DNA of 63,725 bases, the filler included, from Trichomonas gallinae (lineage: Eukaryota), in assembly GCA_008369845.1 (NCBI GenBank). It is 10 parts of 10 records of this genome, joined end to end, with 100 filler letters (N's around TTAATTAATTAA, not from the genome) between each part and the next. Parts side by side here need not be neighbours in the genome. Positions count along the whole stretch, not along the records: positions 29,933 to 44,043 come from MRSU01000083.1; positions 44,144 to 52,515 come from MRSU01000089.1; 8 more parts are not named here. The stretch is one strand, 5' to 3'. This document shows positions 40,569 to 51,681 of the stretch, one piece after another. The notes below the pieces were generated by a model. It was not told where the DNA came from, did no database searches, and saw only the letters and a list, made by a program, of their open reading frames with translations. Within the stretch, counting starts at the first letter, position 1; every line of letters begins with the position of its first letter. A program made the position numbers and the translations under genes.

Positions 40569-43514
40569 CTAAACAAGAGTTGAACATAATTTAGCTACGC
40601 GAGCTTTCACTGCTTGAATAGCTGTATTAAGTTCAGATGTCGTCGTGTTTCTTGCATCAAGAAAATTCTTCAGTAATTTTTGAGTCATTGAGTTTAAAGC
40701 TATCAATGGTGTTGCGTCAACGATAGGGGGAAGAGATTCACCATCACATCTGAAGATATCATAAAGTACAGATCTTGCCTTCTTCAATGAGTGGCTGACT
40801 TCAGGGCTGACTTCCACAAAGAGAGAAACTCCGCCATTCTGTGTAGTCGCGATGATAAATCCATCTCTTACTTTCGACAAACTCGATACAGGCGATGTAA
40901 GTTTTGCAGATGAAATTTCTTTCATCTCACATGTATCAGCCTTCATTCTGATTATATGAATAGTTGAATCTTCATCAGCTGTCAGTAAATCTATTGTTCC
41001 TGGCTTGACAGAACTTCCAATACATCCAGAAACTACAGATCGGTTCATTGGAAATTCATTAACTCTATCAAGAAAGTTGTTGTTGAGCTTGAAAGCTATT
41101 ATAGATCTAAAGCTGTCCATTAGGATGACAATTTGTTGGTTGATTGAGAAAACAGATCTGCAGATTGATGGGCATTGTATTGCTTGTAATGTTTCAAAGA
41201 GAACAGCACCCGCCGCGGTCGTTTCAATTTTGATCATAAACAATCTGCATCTACCGCAAACAATCAGTAAGTTTTCGTTAAGTGCTGACATTGAGAACAC
41301 ACCACCTTCTAATGTATAATTTCCTGCAATACTGAATGTCCCGAAAACATCTTCAACTATTGTGATTTTTCCTTCATTTTGACCGGATGTTCCGAAGCAT
41401 ATCCTATTATCTCCAAGTCTAATCAAAGAAGATAATTCATCAACTTCGCTAAGTGATATATCGAATACATTCACCATTGATGGTAGGCTTAATCCCATGA
41501 CGCCAAAATCGCCTTCCCTGTAGTAACCTGCGAATAAAGCAGGTGGGTTTTTAGTTGTTGCCATTAAAAATGGTGTAACATCATAATCTTTCGTTGATGT
41601 TTGGCATAACTCGCTTTCATTGATTTTTCCGATAACAAATCTACTTTGATCAGCGAAGCAAACTGTTGAGTTATTGACTCTTGCACCAACAGCAAAGTCA
41701 GATATAATTGCTGGGATAGAAGAACCATCTGAATAAAATATTGATGGTGATGAGCCAAGAACGAAAACACTTGTTTCGTCATTGATAAACGATCCGGAAC
41801 AAATGTGTCCGAATGTTGTTTTGTTCATTACATCAAGTTCTTTTGTTGCAATGATGGCTGTTCCATCGAGATAAATTACACAAATGCGCGCATGAACATC
41901 ATTTCTAATAATGAAAATGGTATCTGGCGTGAAATCATGAAGTTTCGATGATTTGAGAATTTCAACGTCTTTGTACATAGTAACTGTTCCATCCCAAAAA
42001 CATACGGCAAGGAACTTGTTGTGAGACGCAATCGATTTAATTTGATTATCGCATGATATGGATTTGATTTCATTCAGGTTGAGATCGAATATTTTGATAT
42101 TATTGTCTAATGCGATTGCGAATCTATCTTTAGAGTTGAAACACCCACAGTCTGCAGTGATATCAATTGTTTTTTCAATTTTACCATTTTTAATTAAAAA
42201 TGTCGATTCTGGTGTTATTTGGATAATTCCATTGTTTGTCTTGAATGATGTAATTGTTTTAACATCATTAGTGTAGCCAACAGTCATTTTGTTTGTGTTG
42301 AATATTATTGACTTATAATATGTCGAAATCATTACATCTTCATCGCCAACTTTCGACAATGAAAATATCGATGATATATTCGAGTCATATTGTTCAGTGA
42401 AGAAAGCACCTGAGCGCAAAGATGTAATTGCTCCACCTCCGAGCTTAGTTCCATGCGAAATGAACACACATCCAGCAAGATCAGAGTATTTAGAGCAAAA
42501 CGTGGAAGGCCTGAATTGTTGTATCTTTGATAAAATGTTCATATTTTTATCAGAGAATTGGACAATGAAAGCATCTTGGATTCTGCTTGATATGAAGAAT
42601 ATGCCGTTATCAATGTATGTTATTGATGTCGGTATAGTTGGCAGACTGCCTAATAATTTGAATGAAATATCTTCCTGCGAATCTATGAAAAGTATTTGCC
42701 CACTTTCATCAGCACATACAAATGTTGTATCTGTGATTGCTGCATATGTAGTAGGACGACCTTTAAAAGGGCATTCAACAGAAATTGTTGAATTTGGTGC
42801 GACTACAGTTATACATGAACCAAGTACCAGTATGTGAGCGGAATCATCATCAACTACTTTGAGAGGAATAATTAACGATGCCTGTTGATCCTCAATATCA
42901 ATCGTTAAATCCGAATTTTCATTTGGATAAAGTAACGTTAAATCTACATTCTTTGTAACTATTTTCTTCTGATCATCAACTACAACCAGTGCTGATATCA
43001 TCAGATCGCTTGTTTTTAGAAATTTGAAATCAAGAATTGCTTCAAAATTTAAAGGAATTTTATAAACTTTTTCTTGCCTTTGTGGTTGCAATCCATCCCA
43101 GAAGTTTATTAGACCATTATTGCAGCCAAAAATAATGAACGGTTTATTTGGATGAGTATCCACTAAGTAATCGTTGTATTTTTTAACAGAAATTGGATTG
43201 TATCGGAATAGAGGTTTGCTTGGATCGTTAAAAATTATGAATGATGTATCGAAAAAGAATAGAACAATTACGTCAATCGTCGAAGGTTTGCCCCAATGTG
43301 ATGCAGGCATTACTTTTAATGAGTATATTGTTTTGTGAAATGGTATAATGAATTTTGGATTGATTCCTTCATTTTTGATTTCATAAAATTCCAACGAATA
43401 GCGTTTTGGAATGACTAAATAAGGTGGCTGGTTAGGATTCATCCTGAATATAACAGAACCAGCCAAAGGAGTCTCATCGACAATCGACTGAACAACATAT
43501 TTCGACTTCTTCAT
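40569..43514 (-). CDS. DDB1/CPSF160/SF3B3-family multi-propeller protein, most like DDB1
   Basis: 981 aa; YVVQSI start, CADESGQI, PTSITYIDNGIFFISSRIQDA, GAITSLRSG, LMDSFRSI, ATTQNGGV; helical C-terminus. Confidence 0.65.
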   Translation of the reverse strand: MKKSKYVVQSIVDETPLAGSVIFRMNPNQPPYLVIPKRYSLEFYEIKNEGINPKFIIPFHKTIYSLKVMPASHWGKPSTIDVIVLFFFDTSFIIFNDPSKPLFRYNPISVKKYNDYLVDTHPNKPFIIFGCNNGLINFWDGLQPQRQEKVYKIPLNFEAILDFKFLKTSDLMISALVVVDDQKKIVTKNVDLTLLYPNENSDLTIDIEDQQASLIIPLKVVDDDSAHILVLGSCITVVAPNSTISVECPFKGRPTTYAAITDTTFVCADESGQILFIDSQEDISFKLLGSLPTIPTSITYIDNGIFFISSRIQDAFIVQFSDKNMNILSKIQQFRPSTFCSKYSDLAGCVFISHGTKLGGGAITSLRSGAFFTEQYDSNISSIFSLSKVGDEDVMISTYYKSIIFNTNKMTVGYTNDVKTITSFKTNNGIIQITPESTFLIKNGKIEKTIDITADCGCFNSKDRFAIALDNNIKIFDLNLNEIKSISCDNQIKSIASHNKFLAVCFWDGTVTMYKDVEILKSSKLHDFTPDTIFIIRNDVHARICVIYLDGTAIIATKELDVMNKTTFGHICSGSFINDETSVFVLGSSPSIFYSDGSSIPAIISDFAVGARVNNSTVCFADQSRFVIGKINESELCQTSTKDYDVTPFLMATTKNPPALFAGYYREGDFGVMGLSLPSMVNVFDISLSEVDELSSLIRLGDNRICFGTSGQNEGKITIVEDVFGTFSIAGNYTLEGGVFSMSALNENLLIVCGRCRLFMIKIETTAAGAVLFETLQAIQCPSICRSVFSINQQIVILMDSFRSIIAFKLNNNFLDRVNEFPMNRSVVSGCIGSSVKPGTIDLLTADEDSTIHIIRMKADTCEMKEISSAKLTSPVSSLSKVRDGFIIATTQNGGVSLFVEVSPEVSHSLKKARSVLYDIFRCDGESLPPIVDATPLIALNSMTQKLLKNFLDARNTTTSELNTAIQAVKARVAKLCSTLV

Positions 43515-44688
43515 TTTTTTTTAATTTTAGTTCACTGAGGAAGTAAAATTATTTTCTTTTTTTAGTTATTGATATATAAATAAAAACTATAACATATTAA
43601 TTTTATCAATTCAAAACTATAGTATATCGATTAGAAGATTTATTGAAAAATAATTTTATCCATATTTCATAGGTTTTGATGAAATATTTTACTCACTATG
43701 ATATATGTGTTAAAACTATCTGTTGTATTGTTCGAATTCTCAAATGATTTCATAATGAGACAATATATTCAGAATTAGCAACGATATTTCTAACAACAAT
43801 GTCAATTATATTAAACAAGAATACATAGGTGAAGCTTCATATTCGATTATAGCTTTCAAGTACATATAATTTTCTTTTTATTTATATATATCATCTTAGA
43901 TGGAGATCTGAAAACTTGCGAATTTAACTTATTTTGCTTTAGATCGACAAATATTTTTTTATTTTCGAAGAATTAATAGAGCAACTCGCTTATTTAAATA
44001 TGCTGAGCTTTTGCAAGCATTTATAGTCTAATTTGGAAATTGTNNNNNNNNNNNNNNNNNNNNNNNNNNNNNNNNNNNNNNNNNNNNTTAATTAATTAAN
44101 NNNNNNNNNNNNNNNNNNNNNNNNNNNNNNNNNNNNNNNNNNNTTCTTACCACCATCTAACTAATAATCGTTTTCCCCTCAAATTATTTGGGGGGACTGC
44201 AAACTGTGGCAAAACTGGGTATTCAATATTGAGCTAATGATAAATGAGTTTTTGATGTGTTATTAAAAGAATAAAAGTACTGACTCAAAATAAATCTAAT
44301 TTTAGTTGATATAGATATATTTATCATATAGATATTAAAATCTCAATTTGAACAATGAATATCATAATTGGAAACGGATGATTAAAATATTTATTTTTGG
44401 ATTATGTAGTAGAAAGATAATCAAAAGTTAAAAACCATTATTTCGCTTGACAATATTATGATTAAAAAATAATATTAAGTTTTTGATTATAAATATTAGT
44501 TCATTCAATAGAAAAATTAATAGTGATATGGATGATTATAATAAAAAGTCTCATTTCGTTTGATGATTTTTAATAATTTGATCAAAAACTGATTTTTTGA
44601 TAAATTCCAAAGCGATATGGTATAAAACTGCTGTTTTTGATTTGATTTTTTCATTGACCGATTTTACCGAAAAGTGACAAAATCGAGT

Positions 44689-46428
44689 ATGAGCAAAGTT
44701 TTGGATTTTTTCGACTCCTTTGAGGCAACCGAAGTTGATGGACTCAAATGTGTGGAGTTGACACAGCCATTGTACAATTTTTTGGATCAAGAATTCAAAA
44801 TAACCTCTCCTTGCAGAATATTTTCCAAATGTCAATCGAAACTTAAATTGATGCGCATTATTGTTATATGTTCTAACGTAGAATTTGACGGTTTGCAAAT
44901 AGAAGGATCAATTGTTATCAGAACTGTTGATAATATTAAAATTTCAAACTGCGACTTCACAAAAGGCAGCACCGGCAGCGGTGGATCCATAGTTTTAACG
45001 AGCTCCAACGAAGTACTCATAGAAAATTGCACAATTCATGATTCCAGGCCCTGTGGAATTTTCATTGAAACGTATTCTAACAACGTTGTCATTAAAAACG
45101 TCAAGACATGGAAAATACAGTCGCAAAGCGTTTATATTTCATTTGTTTGCAGCGCTGAAATCATTGATTGCGAATTTGCTGATTCTGATGAAACGGCTCT
45201 TTGCTGCATGAACGAGTCCAGCCTTAACCTTGTGAATACTACTATCAGGGATATTAAGGCGTTAGGCATAAACTTGCATACTTCTAAAATTGAGATCAAC
45301 AAATTGAACTTAGTCAACATTGGACAGAACGGAATCAACGTTTATCAATGCGAGCAATTGACACACATACATGATTCGCATTTCCAAAACACAGGATCGT
45401 CTGCAATTTCCGTTGTTCACCAAATTATGCCTTTCCAGGTCGAGAAAAACGTTTTCGAGGACATCCATGGAAACGCTGTCATTATGACAGATAATTCAGA
45501 AGGTTTTATCACAGATAACATTATCAAAGACATCGAATTTCCAGCAGTTGCTGTTTTGCAAAAATCAACAGCGCACATTTCAGGAAATACCATCACTGAG
45601 TGCGCGAAGGCAGGAATTTGTGCTCGTAACGCTCAGGCAGTAATAATTGAAAATAATAAAATTTACAATGTCAACGATACTGGCATTTCTATCTCTGATT
45701 CCACTGCAATAGAGATCAGAGACAACCAAATACAGAACTGCATCGTCGCAGGAATCGAATCATATAACGAAAGCCAAGTTTCAGCGATAAAGAACAAATT
45801 CGACAAGCCAGGAAAGTACGCCTTTATGTGTTACGCTGGTGCTTTTCTTCAAGCATCTGAGAATACAGTAAATCAGCCAAGCGAATCAATGGCTTTAGTT
45901 TCTACGCACGGCAGCGGCAATTTTGTTAATAACGAGGTCATAGAATGTCCACAGCAATACTCAGGAGAGACAACAGGCGTGATTTTCATGGAGAATAATG
46001 GAAAATTCCCAAGTATCACGAACGACAAAGAAAGAGCTAACGACAAGATCCAATACATCGAGCAGTACCAAGATCCAAACTTTGGAATGTGTTTGAAGTG
46101 CCACAAGAAGCCAAGATCAGGATTTTTAGTTCCCTGCGGCCACAAGATCTTTTGCGAGGAGTGCGGCAAAGAGGCTGTCGAGAAACAGGACTCCTGCCCA
46201 CTCTGCAGGTTCCCAATTCAATCATTCACGTCAGCTTACACATCTACATGGGAAGATACTAATCTTTGCACAATTTGTATGGAAAATGAAGCTGATGCAG
46301 TTGTTTTGCCTTGTGGACACACAGGTCTCTGCAGTAATTGCGTTTCCAGCTGGCTGGCTGATAATAATACTTGTCCGATCTGCAGGAAAGAAAATGCATT
46401 CATGAAGAAGATCCACAGCAACTTCTAG
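44689..46428 (+). CDS. Right-handed beta-helix protein with two C-terminal RING fingers (putative E3 ligase)
   Basis: PbH1-type I.NN.I repeats; CLKC..PCGH..CEEC..CPLC and CTIC..PCGH..CSNC..CPIC; ATG at 44689 after AAAGTGAC at 44671. Confidence 0.88.
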   Translation: MSKVLDFFDSFEATEVDGLKCVELTQPLYNFLDQEFKITSPCRIFSKCQSKLKLMRIIVICSNVEFDGLQIEGSIVIRTVDNIKISNCDFTKGSTGSGGSIVLTSSNEVLIENCTIHDSRPCGIFIETYSNNVVIKNVKTWKIQSQSVYISFVCSAEIIDCEFADSDETALCCMNESSLNLVNTTIRDIKALGINLHTSKIEINKLNLVNIGQNGINVYQCEQLTHIHDSHFQNTGSSAISVVHQIMPFQVEKNVFEDIHGNAVIMTDNSEGFITDNIIKDIEFPAVAVLQKSTAHISGNTITECAKAGICARNAQAVIIENNKIYNVNDTGISISDSTAIEIRDNQIQNCIVAGIESYNESQVSAIKNKFDKPGKYAFMCYAGAFLQASENTVNQPSESMALVSTHGSGNFVNNEVIECPQQYSGETTGVIFMENNGKFPSITNDKERANDKIQYIEQYQDPNFGMCLKCHKKPRSGFLVPCGHKIFCEECGKEAVEKQDSCPLCRFPIQSFTSAYTSTWEDTNLCTICMENEADAVVLPCGHTGLCSNCVSSWLADNNTCPICRKENAFMKKIHSNF

Positions 46429-47092
46429 CTCCATATTATTATTCATATTAGCTTTAGATCTAGTATATGACCTTTGAATTATGTATTGGATATCAGATAT
46501 TAGATTTTTTTTCTTTTTTTTTAACAGTTACATGGCTCAAAATAAACTGATCTGTTTCTTTTCGTGTTATAAATGCCTTATTTATGTTAATTTATCAAAA
46601 TTTATTTTATATTTTACACTTTTCAATGTATATTCACTCATTTGATTAGAAAATATAATATTCATAAGAGAAATTTATTTTTCAACAAGCTGAAAGATGC
46701 AAGAATGAAAAAATTTTTTCAATAATTTTAAAATGTGAAATTACAATATTTTATAATTTGAACTGTTTATATTTCTCTACATAATTGTTAGTCATTGACT
46801 TATGAAGCATCTTATAGATATATATTTTCAAAATTAAATAAATTATGTAAATCATTGAAATATCTATGCCTTTCACTTCTATATAAGTATAAAAATTATT
46901 TCATTAATAAAACTCTACTAAAAATTAAGATTAATAGTTGAAAATTATCAAATTTATGCAAAACAATGAATTAACATTATAGTTCACATCCTTTCTAATA
47001 AATAAATCATTTCTCAAATATGATGATAAAGAAAAATAATGATTTTTATATGCAGCAAAAACCAAATTATAAATAAAAAAGTGTCAATACTA

Positions 47093-48037
47093 ATGACGGC
47101 GAAAATTCGAAATGTTGCATTTGATCAAGTCATAGAAAAAATAGCTCTAACTCATAGCAAAGGATTTTCTGTCTACGAGTATAGCAGTGGCTTGATCATT
47201 TATGCAGGATCGGGTGGTTACGAACATATTGCGATATTAAGTGACTCTAACATTGTCGTATGCTCAGGTGACGGCTCAGAGGGGAATAATCCGAAGTCTA
47301 CAATAATTTTGTGGGACATGGATAAAAACAAAATTGTTAAAACGATAAATCATTCATCAAATGTCATCGGAATTTATTATACATCTGATGTTCTCGTCAT
47401 TGTCCAAGAAAAAAACATAACATTCTATAGCACAGCGGATTTTGCACAATATTACGAAATGCCCAACGCTACGAGCTCATGCGATCAAATATCATTAGTA
47501 CAGACAACAACATGTTCATTAATAACATTACCAGCTTTAGATGGAAAATCAATAAATGTTTGCGATTATCACGATCCAGCTTACATTTTAGGGTCCATAA
47601 ATATACCATCAGCAGACATTGCTTATATAGCTTTTGACAGACATGCTGAGTTTCTTGCTCTTGTTCTTGATAACGGAAAAAGCATAAGTTTGTATTCGTT
47701 TGAAAAGAAGCAAATAGTAGCAAGATACAAGCGAGGTAGTTTTGCTGCTAAAATTACAGGCCTCGTTTTTGATAATATGTCAAATTATTTCTTAATGACT
47801 TCCAGTCGTGGAACTATTCATGTATTCCAAGTACAGAGAACTCCAGATCCAAAGAAGCAACAAATTAGATCGAAATATTCATTAGAACTTCCAAAAGGAA
47901 CAGATTTGACATGTTGCTTTGATATTGCAGGCTACATGATCAATGGAATCACTTCCACTGGTTTGTACTCTAAGTTACGCATTGATTTAGAGAAAGGCTT
48001 GCTTGATCTAATCGAGGAGAAAGAAATTGATTTGTAA
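47093..48037 (+). CDS. ATG18/WIPI-like PROPPIN WD40 protein
   Basis: IILWD, ARYKRGSFAAKITGLVF (FRRG position), TSSRGTIHVF; alternative upstream ATG at 47039. Confidence 0.75.
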   Translation: MTAKIRNVAFDQVIEKIALTHSKGFSVYEYSSGLIIYAGSGGYEHIAILSDSNIVVCSGDGSEGNNPKSTIILWDMDKNKIVKTINHSSNVIGIYYTSDVLVIVQEKNITFYSTADFAQYYEMPNATSSCDQISLVQTTTCSLITLPALDGKSINVCDYHDPAYILGSINIPSADIAYIAFDRHAEFLALVLDNGKSISLYSFEKKQIVARYKRGSFAAKITGLVFDNMSNYFLMTSSRGTIHVFQVQRTPDPKKQQIRSKYSLELPKGTDLTCCFDIAGYMINGITSTGLYSKLRIDLEKGLLDLIEEKEIDL

Positions 48038-48265
48038 ATGTTTCATATTAGTTGTTATACTTTAGATTTTTTAATAATTAACTATAATCTTAAATACCAA
48101 ACAAAAATATTGTAAATGAAATTAAATATTCAAAATTATAACATTTTCAGATTGATTTATATATGATTATGAGGAATTTATATGATTTCTGTCTTGATTT
48201 TGCTTAACCCATGGAAAAATAAAAATTGAAAAATTAAATTTGAAGAACAATTTAATAGAACAATA

Positions 48266-49294
48266 TCAATTAGCAGGCATATCGCGAACAGGATTGAAAT
48301 ATGGATGATTAAGAGCGTCTAATGCAGTTATTCGCTCTGTATGATCATATCTCAAACATTTATCAAGAAGATCAAGTGCATCAGGCGAGACAAGATGCCT
48401 GTTGCTATTCTTGATAAACTTTTTCAACAGTTTTGGTGGTTTCTTAAGACAATTCTTTGGAAAATCTTCGGGCTGTGGAATTCCGTATTTTTTCATGTAT
48501 TGTTCAAGTTTTTCCCCGCCTAAAACTGTTGCTATTTCTTTAACCATATCGAGATCATTATTTCCTTTAAAGAAAGGAGATTTTTTGAAGATCAGTGCAG
48601 CCATTGTTGCACCGAAGCTCCAAATATCAACCGAATAATCATAGAATTGATAGTCTAATAGTAATTCGATAGGTTTGAAATTGCGAGACGCTACGTGGAT
48701 ATTATAGCGTTGTCCGGGGTGGTAGAAGTCCGCCAAACCCCAGTCAATTAATCTAACCATGTTGTGACTTTTATCGTATAAAATATTTAAAGGCTTAACA
48801 TCTCGATGCATAATTCCTTGCGAGTGGCAGTATTGTAGTGCCCTCATTAATTGGTAAAGATAAAAACGCGCATCTGTGTCTGTTGCTGTCTCCATTAACT
48901 GATCGAAACCAATATCATTTATATGCTCGAATACGAAGCTGTATTGAAAGTTTTTCGGATTTTGCACGACTGAAATTAATCGAATAATGTTTGGGCCGCC
49001 TCGTAAATTGATTAAAATTTTTGCTTCTCGATTGTATTTTTGCGAGCGAACTGGTTTTAAAACTTTTATTGCGACGATCTGATCACCATACTTTGCGGTG
49101 AACACATCACTATATTTTCCAGTGCCTATCCAATCCAGCAATAAAAATGGATCTTGTGGATCACGCGGAAGTTCAAAACTATCCACGTCAAACCAGCTAG
49201 GCCCCTTCTCTCGATTGACATTAGCATATACAGATGAGACTGTTTCGATATTGTACGTAGGATTATCTCGTTGTACTGCTCTTCCCTTCGTCAT
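48266..49294 (-). CDS. Casein kinase II alpha-like kinase (CMGC)
   Basis: VYANVN, GTGKYSDVF, GGPNIIRL, HRDVKP, LIDWGLADFYHPGQRYNIHVASR, YDYSVDIWS, LRYDHTER, HPYF. Confidence 0.92.
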   Translation of the reverse strand: MTKGRAVQRDNPTYNIETVSSVYANVNREKGPSWFDVDSFELPRDPQDPFLLLDWIGTGKYSDVFTAKYGDQIVAIKVLKPVRSQKYNREAKILINLRGGPNIIRLISVVQNPKNFQYSFVFEHINDIGFDQLMETATDTDARFYLYQLMRALQYCHSQGIMHRDVKPLNILYDKSHNMVRLIDWGLADFYHPGQRYNIHVASRNFKPIELLLDYQFYDYSVDIWSFGATMAALIFKKSPFFKGNNDLDMVKEIATVLGGEKLEQYMKKYGIPQPEDFPKNCLKKPPKLLKKFIKNSNRHLVSPDALDLLDKCLRYDHTERITALDALNHPYFNPVRDMPAN

Positions 49295-49812
49295 CAGTCT
49301 ACAAAAACCGTTTTCCCGCCAAATTTATTTTTATCACTCTGACGCATATTTTGGTGTTTTTAGGCATAAAAAACAGAGGAACATCAAAATTCCAGGGCAA
49401 AATTTTCCCATCAAAAAATTTTATTGCGAATATGTTATTTTCAAGCTAATTCGGTTATATTTCATAAAATTCGGGAAAATTTGGAAATTTTGGAAAAATA
49501 TCTCAGTTGTTCGCTGGTATTGAACATGCTGCTTCCCTGCATCATATCTTTTCAATCCACTAGAAGATTGTATCTGACTCAGAATGATTTTAAAAACAAA
49601 TAATAAAATTTCAGATTTTAGATATCTATGAACCATCATCAGCAACTTCACATCTTATTTCCAATCATTTATATCCCGCAAAAATGTGAACTAACAAAAT
49701 GAAATCTTCAAAATTTTTGAAATTGAAATATATATTTCGCAAAACTAAAAAATGCTTGAGGATTGGATTTGGAATAGACTTAAAAAGCGTTTAATAAAGT
49801 AAAACTCGGTTG

Positions 49813-51681
49813 TTATTGAACCCAATAAGATTTTGGAGGATTAATTCCCATTGTTCGCATAAATGGATCCATTTCGTTATAGAGCCACTGGCCCATAAAC
49901 ATATACATGAGTATATTATGCGGAAGTTTGCTATAACCAGTTTTGCATCCCATAATTGCGCCAACAACAGCTCCATTCGTGTCTGAATCACCTCCTTCGC
50001 GAACAACTCTAACAAGAGCTTCTTCATATGAAGTGCAGTAGCGCAACGCCCAGATTGCAGCGCCAATTGTTTTGAATGTGAATCCCTGTTTGTTCTGATC
50101 CTCTAAATTTAGTTCCTCTATATTCTTCACAGTGAGATGCTTCATTGCTTCATCTTTAGACTTCTCAATTCCAGGGACAAATGAAAACGAATTTTCAATT
50201 GTTTCGTCTAAATCGAATTTGTAGTCAGATGTCTTGCTTCTTATGATTCTGGATACGATAACAGATATGAGTACAGCTGAGAAAACGCATCTTGGATCGA
50301 AATGAGTGACTTTTGCTAAATTTTCGGCAACAAATTTCACAACTTCTTCATCCCAGAAGCAGAAACAGCCAACTGGTCCTGTCCTCATGACTGCACCATT
50401 CGATGCAACACTTCTATCAAGCGCAATCCAGATTTCTTCAGATGCTTTGTGCGGATTTGTTAAAAAGTTCGGATTATTCAACACAGCTTTCGTTGTTCTT
50501 CCCATTCCCAGTCCACTTCCATCCTTATGTTCTGGATGGCCTTCTTTCATCCAGTAAAACATCTGCTTCGCGAAATTTTGGATATCTAAATTTACATTAT
50601 TCTTCGATAGCATATTTTCGAAGTGTGAGCCACAGCTGTTTGCGCTAACTAAGGATCTCATGATTAACACAGCTTGTGATGTATCATCTGTTGCTGTTCC
50701 CTTGATATAAGATGCGTTGAACTGCGACATCCATGGATGTGTCCAAGTTATGTCAAGAGGTCTTCCAAGATTTTGATGAGCAACTGCTTTCGTTTCAAAC
50801 TCTACTCCTGAGCCAATCATGTCCATAATTGCGCTACCAAATATGCAGCCTGCTATGCAATCACTTGCTTTCTCTAAATCATAGCTCTCGGGTGGCTTGA
50901 ACATGCCAAAAATTGGTGACAAAATTTTATTTTCAGCTGGAGGTACTCCCCATGGTCCATACAATAATAGAAGTGAATCATCGGACTTGAGATGACCAAT
51001 TTCCTTATATTTGCCATGAGTTGATTCATTGGGAAGAATCATGAAGATATCATCAGGCATAATAGATATGTTTCCATTGATTGTTCCTTTTTTCATCGAA
51101 AAATATTTTAATTTTGATTTTTTGTTGAATTTGTCAAAATCAATGTCAACGTTAAAAGTGTGTAATTCAACTAGACTTGAATGTGATGATATTTCTGACA
51201 TCGAATAGCTCCAACTTTCATAGGCTCCGAATGACACTTTTTCGAGAATTTTGAAATCATTTATATTGATTTTATTAAGACTTCCGCACCATGAAGCGTT
51301 CAAATACAACAGTTTAGGCATGGCTGGGAGCTGAGTGATAGGTGTGTTGGGGCATGAGAAATATTCTAAGTTAGGAAAATTACCTTTTATTTGCTTTAAA
51401 TTCAAGCAAAAACTGACGTCTAATGCTCTTAGAGATTTACAGTTGATAATTTCGATTTCTGTGAGGTTGTTTGAGAGATTCAAGTCTATTACTTCTAGAT
51501 TTGGGATGTTTTTGAATGTTATCTTCTTGATTTTATCTGTTCTCGATGCTCTAAAAAGTTTTAATTGCGGAAAATTTTCAACAATTTCTGATTCGAAATC
51601 CGTGGCCACGAGATCGAAGCCTAAAGCATCTTTGTGCTCGTCAATGTTAGGGCTCCCATCCATGAATGCATAGGAATACAT
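49813..51681 (-). CDS. LRR + ADP-ribosylglycohydrolase fusion protein
   Basis: N-terminal LRRs (LRALDVSFCLNL, LEYFSCPNTPITQLP); ARH motifs TDDT, SNGAVMR, THFDPRC, GGDSDTNGAVVGAIMG; likely ATG at 51681 below two M3-like ACGGTT sites (51721-51732); ORF track extends to 51825. Confidence 0.88.
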   Translation of the reverse strand: MYSYAFMDGSPNIDEHKDALGFDLVATDFESEIVENFPQLKLFRASRTDKIKKITFKNIPNLEVIDLNLSNNLTEIEIINCKSLRALDVSFCLNLKQIKGNFPNLEYFSCPNTPITQLPAMPKLLYLNASWCGSLNKININDFKILEKVSFGAYESWSYSMSEISSHSSLVELHTFNVDIDFDKFNKKSKLKYFSMKKGTINGNISIMPDDIFMILPNESTHGKYKEIGHLKSDDSLLLLYGPWGVPPAENKILSPIFGMFKPPESYDLEKASDCIAGCIFGSAIMDMIGSGVEFETKAVAHQNLGRPLDITWTHPWMSQFNASYIKGTATDDTSQAVLIMRSLVSANSCGSHFENMLSKNNVNLDIQNFAKQMFYWMKEGHPEHKDGSGLGMGRTTKAVLNNPNFLTNPHKASEEIWIALDRSVASNGAVMRTGPVGCFCFWDEEVVKFVAENLAKVTHFDPRCVFSAVLISVIVSRIIRSKTSDYKFDLDETIENSFSFVPGIEKSKDEAMKHLTVKNIEELNLEDQNKQGFTFKTIGAAIWALRYCTSYEEALVRVVREGGDSDTNGAVVGAIMGCKTGYSKLPHNILMYMFMGQWLYNEMDPFMRTMGINPPKSYWVQ

